Position numbers and translations under genes: made by a program. DNA of 64,000 nucleotides, from contig CM097886.1 in NCBI GenBank assembly GCA_044892525.1, positions 1,178,001 through 1,242,000 of the forward strand, read 5' to 3'. Below the pieces are notes generated by a model. That model did no database searches, had not been told where the DNA came from, and saw only the letters and a program-made list of their open reading frames with translations. Source of the DNA: Schmidtea polychroa. Its lineage: Eukaryota. Positions 24,899-38,207 of this stretch are shown here, piece after piece (position 1 is the first letter of the stretch; each line of letters starts with the position of its first letter).

Positions 24899-25298
24899 CT
24901 CCTATATATCCTATATATATATCCTATATGTCGTATATCCTATATCCTNNNNNNNNNNNNNNNNNNNNNNNNNNNNNNNNNNNNNNNNNNNNNNNNNNNN
25001 NNNNNNNNNNNNNNNNNNNNNNNNNNNNNNNNNNNNNNNNNNNNNNNNNNNNNNNNNNNNNNNNNNNNNNNNNNNNNNNNNNNNNNNNNNNNNNNNNNNN
25101 NNNNNNNNNNNNNNNNNNNNNNNNNNNNNNNNNNNNNNNNNNNNNNNNNNNNNNNNNNNNNNNNNNNNNNNNNNNNNNNNNNNNNNNNNNNNNNNNNNNN
25201 NNNNNNNNNNNNNNNNNNNNNNNNNNNNNNNNNNNNNATCCTATATATCCTATATCCTATATCCTATATCCTATATCCTATATATCCTATATATATCC
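24899..25298. repeat. (ATATCCT)n-type satellite spanning a gap
   Basis: Heptamer variants on both sides of the N run 24949-25237. Confidence 0.9.
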
Positions 25299-27707
25299 TA
25301 CTCTCGTGTCTGTGATTACAGCATAAATATGTTTGGACACTTTTTATAATAAATTAATTTTTGAATATTACAAATCCAAATGATTAAAATTTAAAAAAAT
25401 ATTAGAAACCATAAGAAAATTTTGGTAGTGTTTGTGTCGATAAACAATATCAAATATTGTACAGTCAGCACAGATTATTATTTTGACAAAGGTCACAGAA
25501 ATTGTCTAATATTAGAAGATGCTTGTTTAAACATGCCAGGACAACTTTACAATTTATCAGTAGTATTATTCACGTGTTAGAGTTGGTGTGTAAAAGTATT
25601 ACTCATATCATCTGCTAGTAGTAGAATTTTTATATTATTATTATTATTATTATCATCATCATTATTGGACTGAACAAAGCTGGCTGTTCTAAAAGAAATC
25701 TATGACGCATAGGCATCATCAGACATTGTCATCCAGGCAAGTCATGCGATTTCTGTGACTGACAAAACAATTGCAGATGTTAGAAAATTCTAGACAATTT
25801 ATTAAAATAATATCAAACTGCAATGAGCAACCAAAATGAAATATAACTCAATTTTTTAAAAATTAGAAAATTGTTTTTAATAAGTGTTTTTTTTTCATAC
25901 AATAATTTTTTACTGATATTAACGAACAAGGAAATTTTTGCGTTGTTAATACAGGTCAATTTGACAGTAGTAACAAGTTACACAAATATCCTCCACATGT
26001 GGTGTTCAGTTACAACCAATTTTGTCTTTGTTGAAGTATTTGAGATCTGCGAACAGAAAGTAGTGACTAATGTAGTGTCATGTAACAGTCATGTCGGTAA
26101 AAATAGTAACAGACAACTTCTAGAAATTAACAAGGAGAAACCATGTGATTATTAATGAAAGCAGCCAATAGAAATCGAGTTACGAATGAATTTTCCTTCC
26201 ATCGATGCCAGTCTGAGAGTTGCATCATCAGACAAAGAAAAATCAATAATTTATTAGCGGAAATGAATAATGAATTAAACATCCATTAATCATTTTGGAA
26301 AATTCGTTGTTAAACATCAAACATCGTTTTGGAACTGAACGCCCATTGTTACACTGATTTGTTTTAAAATCTCGGAAACTGATGCAAGTTTAAACTTAAT
26401 ATATCACTGGCTAGCCTAGCCTACACTGGCCTAGTATACAAGTTGCATGTGCCAACAGGCAGCTGCTGAAACCTTCATCAATCTGCGTGAGTGAGTGAGT
26501 GTGTGCGTATTTAGTAATGATGACACGTCATACACCTAATTCTAATGATAATATTATTAGGTAATTATGCTTCAGGTTTGTTAATAATAAATTATTTATT
26601 CAAATAACTCTCAAATAGCAAACAAAATTTCAAATCAAGACAAATAAATTAAGATAAACTCATTTATTTAAATAAAATAATTGCTACAACAATAATTCAA
26701 ATAATAGGGCTAAAAAATCAATTACAAAACTTGAACCAGCAATGCAACACGGATAATAGAAATTATCATTTTGAAAATAGTCGATAAATGATCCTGGAGC
26801 TAAGCAGCAAGAAATATTCTAACAAGTAACAGGAACAAAAATTAATTGGTACTCTAGTGATTTAGACTCTCATATTACAGCTGGTTTTCTTTTCTCGTTT
26901 TCTTACGGTAGTTTGGCGGCCAGAAAAAACAATACAATTAACATAATAATAATTTCAAACTACCTACAGAAACAGTTATTTATCAAAACTGAAAATGTAC
27001 AAAAATATTAGAAAAATAAAAACTGCCAAATAGTAACAACAGAATTACATACAAGTTTCACTCGAATGTTGTTATTATTCATTTAAATTCAAAATAATGT
27101 TCACCATCAAATTCTCTCTCTCTCTCTCTATTTCTTCAAAGCCAAATATATTATGTCATCAAGCTTAAATAGAAATAATCTGCGATTTGCATTGTATTAT
27201 CTGGATAAATAAGATTAACCCCTGGTTGTTGATGATAACTCGAAGGAAAAAAAATCAACAAAAAACATCTATTTACACACACACACACACACACGAGCCA
27301 AAGCTTAACTTGTTTATAACATAAAATGTTTATCGATGGTACACCATTGTACCGAATAACGCCGCCGCCGCCGCCGCCACTGCTGCTGCTATGTGATGGA
27401 TATAATGAAATCAGAAAATATTTTGTGACATCTTACAATATGAATTCGATAAACAAGAACAATTATTCCATTTCTGTTGAACCCAGCAAAGAAATCAATG
27501 CGCAAATATTCTTTTAGAAAAATATAATAATAATAATAATAGCAACAATAATAATAACAATAAAAAAGAACACCAAACTATACACGAATCTACATTTATA
27601 AAATTTACCAAACATAAATATATGTTTGAAACTGCAAGCACCAACGTTTGCACATTATCCATCAATGGAGGAGTAAATGCCAATTAACAAATGATAAGCA
27701 ATATGGT

Positions 27708-27738
<31 letters not shown>

Positions 27739-28107
27739 AATAAAATACAATTACACGCAGATTGAAACCAAGGTAAATGCAGACGGATATCTAAATAAAC
27801 ACATAAAAAGAGAACATTTGGACATTCATCAACCTACAGCAATAATTAATTTAATAATAATAATAATGCAAATCATTACAAATCGGAAAAAATTATTCTC
27901 AATAACTCAGAATAAAAACATTTTCAGAGAAAAATGTAATACAACTCTTGTAATTTCTACCAAATCACCAAATAATCAATAATAAAATATATAAACGGGT
28001 GCTCGAACAAGAGTAAAATCGTGAATTGATAGTTCATGAGGATGAGGGTGATATATAGCGTCCCCCGATAACTCTCATCACTATAGTAACAATCAAATAA
28101 TAATAGC

Positions 28108-28142
<35 letters not shown>

Positions 28143-28388
28143 ACTAATCGAGTAGACATCTAGTAACCCAATCGAACCGAATAGCACGCGCAATATAAAA
28201 GTGAAAACACAGGATAAATATTAATAATGATAAACGAGGGAACAACGGCACGCACACACACAAAAACAAAAATCAATAATAAATAGTACAAGGACATCAA
28301 TATATTTCTATAAATCATCAACTCTAATGTCAGTAGAATATTTTGTTCTGGATTAATTTAACTCTTGATTAATTAATTAAATTTCAAT

Positions 28389-30993
28389 TTATAAATCTTC
28401 TCTTTCATCGCTGTTACTGGCGGCCGAGTTGCGTTTCCGTCCGTCACCAATCGTACCGAACATCGATTCGGGAGGTGGTGCGATTGTCCGATTGGACTGT
28501 CGCAGAAGGACCCCACCAGCCGTGGCAGCGCCGGACGAGACTTGCTGTTGCTGATGGTGGTGATCGTTGCCCCCATTGCTGTTGTCGAGTTTCGATGCCC
28601 AGGACGTGACTGAATCATGATTATTCGAATCACTGGGACAGTTCTTCCAAAGATATTTTACATTGCCAAATCGGGAGTCGTCGGCATAATTCTGATGGTT
28701 GCAACAGCCTCCTCCAGCACCACCATTGCTACTATTATTGTTGGGGTTCGCGCTCGAAAAGAAAACAGGTTTCGACGCGGTCCACGAATCCGAGTTGTTG
28801 CCAACATTCCCATTGACAAGGTGGTAATGATTACTGTTGTTATTATTATTGCAATTAGGCGGCGGGGAATCGGCTGAAATGTGGTCGAGAATGTAGTTGT
28901 TATCCGACAGGAATAATTGCTGATTACTATCGCGGTTGGAAGGCGGAGAATAGACGTTCGGATAATACGAATCGTAAAAGGCGCTGTCATTGCTAGGGTA
29001 ATAATGATTGCTGACCGCCGCCGAGCGATGGTGGGAATCTGTGGCTGACATTGACGGCTGCATGTTTGAGTATTGTGGCTGATAAAATACAGGAGTATCC
29101 TTGAATCCATTGAGTCGGTTGCGAACTTGAGCGTCAGTCGATGACGAGTAACAGTCGGAAATGCTGTTACGGTTCCAACTATCTTCGGGCATCATTTTGA
29201 ATGGGGTAGAATTAAGGGAATGGAAGCCTGACGATGATTGTTGCTTAGTTGAGTCATGGAGAGACGACATAGAGAACTGGGGAGACATTCCGGTGCTAGT
29301 CGGAGGCGGCATGACGATACCGTCGATATTTGTTCCTTCTGTTGAGCTGGTCGACGGGGTGATTTTCGCTTTCGATGACCGCAAAATTCGATCGATGATT
29401 TCTTTGGCATCCCCGTCATCCATCCGAGACACTTCCGGCCAAATCCATTCGGGACTGCAAGTATTCGGGGTACAGTTGCCCTCATCACTCGACGGGGTGG
29501 AATTGCGAGGTTGTTGATCCCAGACTCGCATCACAAGATGAGCAATCAATTGTTTGGCTCGATGGATTTGTAGCCACGCCGTTTCCTCACTGTTTACTGT
29601 TCCATTCTCATAAACTGATATCTCAAAATCTGCTGTGTCTCCAGGAGCACGCAACTCATCCTTCGGGGGACTTTTGATCTCAGTTCCTGTTTCTTTCTGT
29701 ACCGTCGTGATGATTGATCCCTGTGTACCAATAACCTTGCCAACTAGTCGTTGTGGCACTCCGATTGTCGCCGTTGCCAATGGCGTTCGATTGCCGAGCA
29801 TTGGAGGACTACGAGGTCGTTCACCCATCAAACCAGCTATGTTACCGAGTTTATTGCGAGTTATTTGATCAGCTAATTGCTGGATAATCTGGCCGACTTT
29901 AATTGCAGTTTCTGGAACTGCTTCGATCAAGAAAACGTGATCCTCTTTCTCGTTTGGAGTAGCGATTAAAGCGCCTGTTGTTTGACGGATTGTTTTGATT
30001 TTTTTGCCTGAAAATTATAATTATTTGAATATAATAATTAATAAAATGAAAATAGGTAAATATCAACAACTCAAATTGAGTGTTATATAAACCACGGATC
30101 CAAAAAAAGTTTCCAACCAATGAAAATACGATCCAAAATAACGAAGAAAAAAAACGTATATGATAAAACAGAGAATCGAATAAACATAAGAAATACTAAC
30201 CTTCTTTTCCAACGATTTCTGAAACATGCTCCTTGCTGGGAACGCGAACACCTAGCACCAAATATTGCTTTTGGGTTAAATGAGACCCAGAGCTGCCATG
30301 CTTATGCTTGAAAAAGTTAGAAATCCTACTACTATTGCTGTTTTTCATCGTCGCAGAACGATTAAGCACTTCATCTAAATCTTGACCGACAAGAAATCCC
30401 ATTTTCGACGCCATTGATTGATATTCGATTAATTCCACGGGACTTTGTCTGTTCATTGAGTATGAGTTTGCCGTGTTTGAGCTGGGAGAATTTTGAGGGA
30501 ACAGCTGCATTATTGGGGCATTTAATCTCATCATATCCATTTCTCGGCCTAATCGGTTTGAAACTGGAAGGGGTGTATTTGATGTCGACTGTGAAAAATG
30601 ACGTGGAGTTACACGATTATCGTAAGGAGAATTATGTGCACTGTTTGATCGACTTATATTGCAATTAGGTTTGATATTCATGGCTTGAAGTCTCGAAGAT
30701 AAGATATAATCAAAATCTTTGTTGTGGTCCAATTGGGGCATATCATTCGAAATGGAATTACTATTGGAATGGTGGTGTAGGGAATCTACTTCAGAAATAG
30801 AATACATCTTAGAATCTTGATTTAAACTTTGCATAAAATGACTGGTTTGGTTATAAAATTGATTATACATTTCTGGTTTAGGGATATAATTATCGTGATA
30901 TCCGATTTGAGATGAGAATTCATTCATTGGATTATCAGATAAATTAAATCGAAGGCCTTGATTTTGTGTTTGGTTGAACGAAGCACTTAACAT
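28389..30993 (-). CDS. mex-3: MEX-3-like RNA-binding protein, two KH domains, 803 aa, no RING
   Basis: Exons 30993-30201 and 30007-28389 (193-nt GT-AG intron, phase 1). KH1 VRVPSKEHVSEIVGKEGKKIKTIRQTTGALIATP matches the MEX3 signature VPxSEHVAEIVGRQGCKIK. KH2 is IGVPQRLVGKVIGTQGSIITTVQKETGTEIKSP. Confidence 0.9.
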
Positions 30994-32650
30994 CGGATAA
31001 ATACTAAAATTGTCTAAAATTAAATAACAATAATCATCGATTTTTTATAATAAAATGCACATTTAAGTATTTTAAACTTTGATAACAAACAACCAATCAG
31101 AATCAGGGTAGCCATTAGTTAATAATTTTCCATTGGCTTATTGACACAAGGCCAACTGTGAATGAAATTTGTATAACATGAGTCAGGTAGGTTAATCTAT
31201 CACTAGCGTCAAGTAATTCAAAGTGTGTGTACTTTCGCGTGTACAAAATATCCAATAATAAGGATATATGCAACAAAGAAAATAAATAATATCATGAGTA
31301 ATATCTTTGTTTCTAAAATAAAAAATTCCAAAATATCCTTAAATCTTATTAACAAGATAAAAATTAAAATTTTAATCTAAATACTTATCGGCAGAAGCGA
31401 TGAAATTATTAACAAAAATTATTAAAATACAAACTTCCTATATCACTATTAAAATTTATTTCATATATCAATGGCTACCGCACTTTCTTTTATAGAAGTA
31501 TAGTTAGCCTGTTAAAATTAAAGAAATCAGATAATTTCTTAATAGTATAATTAAATAAAAAAGCTATTATATAAATTTATAAAAACGTGTAAAATAAAAT
31601 ATTAATAACTTTAAATGAATAAATGAAAGTATGATTGAAAACGCATTCCAGCACTGAAATTTTAAAACATTTAAACAAATATGAATGTGTTTATTTAAAC
31701 AGCTATGAAATCTTTATATAGCATGATGTTGGTAGGAAAAGCTTTATTACATTAATTTTTATTAAAAATAATATATTTTATGAAAAAGAGTAATATTCAA
31801 TTTAATAAAATAATATTTTGCCTACCTTTTAAAAATAGCTGTCCAAATATAATAAAATATAATGAAATCAAGTAACTAATCTTCAAGTAAGAAAAATTAT
31901 TTTAAGTTAAATTTTAAAATTTATAAACAAAATTAAAAATTAATGCATTAGATGCCGTAATAGATTTTTAACTATGACGCATTCAGCAATTATCCTCATT
32001 GGTTATTTGTTGGAACAAGTTTATTTCATGTGCCAATCGGTTGAAGGTTTATGCCAAATTTTAGTTGTTTTGGAAAATATTATCACTGTACAATGCAATG
32101 CCGTGCGGTAAATTACGAGAAACGTGTAATTTATAACTTGTTTTTGGATCACATCAAATTTCGTTTGAAACTTGAAACAAAATAAATTTTTTTGTTAATT
32201 ATTCAATATTTATTTTTTAATTATGAAACAAGATTTTATTTCATTGTGTTGATGATTATAAATCATTTTATTAGAAAAATAGTACAATTTGTAATTTATA
32301 AAAATTAAATCTTATTTATTTATTCCAAATTGATCTATTCTCTTGTAAACCGATTTATGTTATTCCATTTCCATTTCTTGAACTTGATCTGCCAAATATC
32401 CCCATATGGGGACATCCATTTTTCTTACATATTTAATGCATACTTTTTAGTAATGAAATAGTGAAAACTCGAATTGAAATATAAAAATATTTAATGTCAA
32501 TAAACTACAGAATATACAAGGACATTAGAAATAACGAAAAAATAATGAGAACAAAAATAAAATATTTCGCAGATAAAAATAAAATTGAACACCAACCAAC
32601 ATGTGTATATACATAGAAAAATTAGCACAATTTTAAGATTAGAACTCTCT

Positions 32651-35600
32651 TTATATCACAGATTCTTTTTCACAGATTTTTTGATCAATTGCCTTGAAAT
32701 TTCCATTAGGATTCAGGTGAACATTTCTCGTCAGATCGTCACTTTCAAGTTCATAATAATTGATGTACTGATCATTTGGATCAATCTGAGTATCAGTTAA
32801 ATGAGTAAATTTGTCATCATTTTGTATCCTAGAAATATAATAAACGCAAATTGAGAGGTATTTTTCAAAAAATTTTGTCGATTACATACTCGCTATATAC
32901 AGATCCAGCACTCGGTGAACAAGTGATCTTTGATCGGTTTCTGTAATATAACAGAGACAACAGTCCGACAATGAACACCAAGCACATGACCGTGACAAGG
33001 AGCACTATGATCGTATTTTGCATAAACCTCGCCGTAGAACTCTGTCAATAGTGAAAAATAGAAATTCAATTTTATTGTGTAATATTGATTAAAAGGTCTT
33101 ATGTCATAATCAAGTATTTGATAAGGCTAATTGTTATTTTTAATTCCTTTTATGGTGGCGCAACTAATATTTGGATTGCACAATTGATAAACACACGATT
33201 TGAATCATCGTGGCGGTAGGACGAATACATGTGGTATTACGATCATAATTAATATTAGATATGTCCAATTTGAGTTTCGTAAGATGACATTAATTTTAAT
33301 TATTAATTTTTTATTAATCCATCGAAAAATGTGATTAGCATTTCTCATACAAAATCACACCACAATCACAAAGTATATCACGATGGTTTATGGGTCATTT
33401 AAATGTGTCAAGTGATCAAATCCAGACAAACACACAATTATCAGTTTATTTATGCTTTGACATTGAACATTTTCGTTTGTCAAATGGAGCTAGCCAAGAG
33501 TCAATACACGATGTGTTCATTTGAATGGATTATGCATTTGGGTACCCTACAAAGATGATGGCATGGAGAGGTGCGAGAGAATTTTCACACACACGGACAA
33601 ACAAAACTCCATACCTCTTACGGTTACATAGAGAGTTAATGTAGTCATACTCAGAGTTAACATCTACATCAGGGATTTCAAACTCAAACTGGCCTGCGGG
33701 CCGCATTAGACTAGTATCATGAGCCGGCGGGCCGCAACATAAATAATTGTTTTTCAGAACATGTGGAGTCTGAAACACCGACGTTATTATTTATTTAATA
33801 AAAAATTCAACAAAACTAAAAAACATTTTTTTATTATTATTAATAATAATAATAATAAAATTTGAAGAAAATGTGGTAACATTTGAATGCATCAACTTGG
33901 TCACACATGTTTGTAATGATTTGATCCTTTCCTTGCAGTTTCAAATTTAAATCGGATAAGTGTTTCGTTATATCAACCATAAAAGATAAATCTTGCCACC
34001 ACACTGCATCAGAAAACAAGGCGATGTCTTGTTTTTTTGATGTTAAAAACTGACATATTTCGTCTTTCAAATCCCAAAATTGTTTGATAACCTTGGAGCA
34101 GGATAACAAACGTACCTCGGTATAGTACGACAAACCAGAATTTATTTTCGCACCCTAACTAGATTTTTGGGGTTCGTTTCCTTAATTTTTTGTTTAATGG
34201 GCGATATAAACTAAATGTAACAGTTATAAGAAGTGATTACATAGAAAATTTTATTTTTAAGTTTTGTTTTGTTTTTTTGTACTGATATATCAAGTGGGCC
34301 GCAAGTTTGACATATCTGATCTACACTATGGCTTTGCTGATTGACCCCGTATCCAATCAGATAGCTCAAAAGTCAATTTTTACAGAAATGGATACACAAG
34401 TAAAAGAAAATGTCAGAAGAACAAGTAAAGAATATCTAAAAGCATACATTTGTAAAGTTGCGATGATTATTAGACAAATATCATCGCGTAGAAAGTGTTA
34501 GAGAAAACAAACGGGAATTAATCATAACCACATGGACTGAATCAATTTCATCTCAAATGAGATACTTTACAGGGTTAACTCAACACTCAGAATGATCTCA
34601 TAAAATAAATATTTGTTTTTTGTGGTAATAACGGCAATTATTCAGAGACTCGTTTTATGAATCGCTTTATGGGTTCGCTTTATGTTCAATTGAATATTGA
34701 TGAAAATGTCTGTCTTTGGTTGACTAGAGCGAATTAAAAATTATTTTTGACATGGATTAATTAAATTCAAAGCAATAGATTGAAAATAAAATCCTTCTTG
34801 CAGTGAAAGGGTTAAAATTTGATCATCTGTTCTTTTTACCGGTTGCTTATTTAGAAATGGAGTTTGAAAAGTTTTATTCGGTTGATCGAATAGTAATTTG
34901 TGCTTAATAATTTTTTTGAATTATAATTGTTTTGTTTCATCACCGAGAATGAATAAAGTTAAAACACATGTGTAAACTTTTAATGAACAAGAAAATGGGA
35001 AAAGCTAGACCGATGTGCCTTGTAATTTTTTTTATAGTGACATAATAATATATATAGATGCATTCAATGGCATAAAAGGAAATTATGGAAAGAAAGGTGG
35101 AAAGTTTTTATTTGAAATTCAAAGTTGACCTAAATAGAGATGTTCAATATGAATCATTTACAACTTTCCAACTATAGTTAAATTTGCACGGATGTTGGTT
35201 GTACTAGGAATGTTTATTGTAATTAAACAATGTAAGTTTTTATTAGAAAGCCCACTCAAACATTCGTTTTATGACATATTTCGACAATTGTCATCATCAG
35301 ACAGGATAGAAAAAAATATCGATATTATAGATTTTATGGACAATTTTTATTTCAATATTTAAAATATTTTATAATTTTTATTTTTGACAATCTATAAATT
35401 TTTAAAAATCTCAAATTTAAAATTATCTAACATAGACACAATTTACAATCCAGATTATTTAAAATCATTCACAGCATTTGTACATTAATTTTGAGATCAA
35501 ATTACCTTATCAACAAAGCTTCACATATTACTTGTTCCTCATAATTATCAAAATTTTAAAATTAGATATGCCTTATATAATGCTTACTTCGGTCGATAAT

Positions 35601-38140
35601 GCCCACATGCTCGAATTCATGTTCAATAATGTTCAATAACGTCATCAATAATGAATTCTCTCATTTTTTATATTGTTATTTTAATTGTATTTTATAATTT
35701 AATTTTTGGGGGTAAGATAACACGGAAGTACCCAAATAAGTTGATAAACGATATCACAACATAACCCAATGGAAGTTTAAACCTAAACATATTGCGTAAT
35801 TTACATAAATTAGATACGATCTGCTTGAGTATTTTTTTCTGTAAAATCGAGTACCGCAATACCAATACAAATTTAGACTCATTATTATATAAGTTTTATC
35901 ACATTCTAATTTCTTTGTGTTTTTCGTTGAAATTATTTGAACCACAATAAATTATAATCAAATAACAATAAAACTTTTTTCGTCTCGATATTCTATTTTG
36001 CACCGTAACGCGTTTTTATTTTTGTCGTCCATTTCTTTGAAGTGAATTATTTTAAATCAATTTTAAATGAAAATAATTGAAATTGCAAAGGTATTGAAAA
36101 AATAACGAAAATTAGTAATATGGTTAAAACTCCATAAAACTTTGGCTCGATAGGTAATAAGACGTTGGATTCTAAAGGTATAATAACTGTGGTAGTCGGT
36201 AGTTGATGTCATGAAAAAAACCAGATTTAATCACACTTGGCGAATGAAATAAAGTTATAACCTAGGGTCATCTTCAAGCGTAAAACTAAACCCAAAATAA
36301 AACCTAATCCTGGTTCATTTCAGGAAACGAGTGGATAGGCGAAAATCATTTTACAAAATATTTAAAAAATGTGGAGCCATGTGATTTTGTTATGAATGCA
36401 TGATCTAGTTTAAAATAAGGGACTATTATAAAATCATACGAAAAATACGGTATTTTTTATTGGAGTGGATAGTATGAAATGTTTTTTTGTGATTGGGACA
36501 GTGAAGATGACGAGTTTTTACACCAGACTACAAAAAACATTAAGAACCCTTTCATTTATATAAAATATTATTTTTAAGTTATTGCATGTTTTTTATTTTT
36601 TTCAATGTAATATAAAAATATGGGTATGACTAAATATCCTTCTCAGAAATCAATTCCGTTTTGTACCTAGCGCATAATACAAATTACGATTTTAAGAGCA
36701 GTTTCATTTTAAGAGTAATTTTTTACGCCAGTTTATGTTGTATTAATAATATGGCCTGAAAAAGTCATAAACAATTAATTGTGCGTCAACATGATTTTCA
36801 GAGAATTCGCTAAAAGAGCCATTCTGCGTGAGGAAAATAGAAATTTTGTGCACTAACCCGGCGTGGCGATGGTAGTCATATAAATGTACATTCCGAATAA
36901 AAAACATTAAACAAGAATCGACAAGTACGAAATAGAGGTCGTATTAGTTCGTGCGAGAGCAGTAGAGAGATCGCGCTCCTTGGCACTCAAAGGGATAAAT
37001 TAAATTTTGATTTTCACTTCTGATTTTTTTATATTTTCAATTGGCATTATATTAATTAAAGAATTGACTATGAATCAGTAAGCTATCGATGATTTTTTAT
37101 AAATATAATATCAATATTAAATTAAAATGTATATTGAATATTTAATAATAATTACAAATCAAAATAAATATACCTTTTAAATGGAAGTAACACCAATAAA
37201 TGTCAAGGTCAAAAGCCTATATATTAAAAACATTAGGAATCTCAATCTTATTACTATTTCCATTACATTAGGCATAAAAATTCCATGACACAATCGAAAT
37301 TTAAGCATGTGTTCATTTTGAATGTCACGGTCAGTGATTTTTTATATTCGTTATCTAATTGAATTCGACGTAATCTGATATTTACTTTATGCAACTTCAA
37401 CAGCAACGCGGGTTATTCACTGGCAAAAATTAAGATTTCCATATATCTTATATCGGATTCTGCATCACAATTAAAGCTACTTATCCTAGTGTAGCTTTCA
37501 TTTTCGAATTTAGATGAGGTAAAAATGATTTGCAAATTCATACCCGAGTTCATCCGGAATTTGGTTTTTTATAGATATCAATATTTTGGAAAATTTGATG
37601 CTTGATGAAGAGAAACCAGAAGTAACTCAGGTCATCGCGAATAATGCGATTATTCCAACACTTGAATGTAAACAAAATTTTTTGGTTGTGCTTCTGTATT
37701 GATGACAGTGTACAATGGTAATAGCGACTTCATTGACTACTGGCGCTTTAAAGACATGTGGCTTGATATTCATTGGAACAAACAATATAGCGTCTTGTGG
37801 AAAAGGTATTTTAAAACTCTATAGTTCAAAATGAAATTTACGTTTTCAGCTATAAATTACAGATAAGAAAAGCTGTACAAGTTTAAAGATTCCTGATCTC
37901 ATTGTTTTTACTGTTACAGACAAACAGATTTCTGATTTATAGTTAAAATATTTATTTGTTCACCACCGTTTAGTTTTTTGGGGAATGCTAGGAAATTTCA
38001 ACAGACGTATTATATCAAAGATAAGACATAAGCAGATGTAGGGCAAACATGTAAGCAGTAGATGTAGGATATTTGGTAACCGTGGCAATCATGAAGCAGG
38101 TCTATTTAAGGTGATCTTGTTTTAATAAGTGCCCATTTTG

Positions 38141-38207
<67 letters not shown>

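Noticed and set aside
25470-25580. Possible Helitron Rep-Hel linker (EDACLNMPGQLYNL), MULE motif (~19440) and piggyBac remnants (~34813, 36993, 62150-62580)
   Set aside because: Too short or degenerate to support without a profile search.
28373-29868. Multiple long ORFs on the opposite strand and in alternate frames over mex-3
   Set aside because: Shadow ORFs of a GC-richer coding exon; no independent domain signal.
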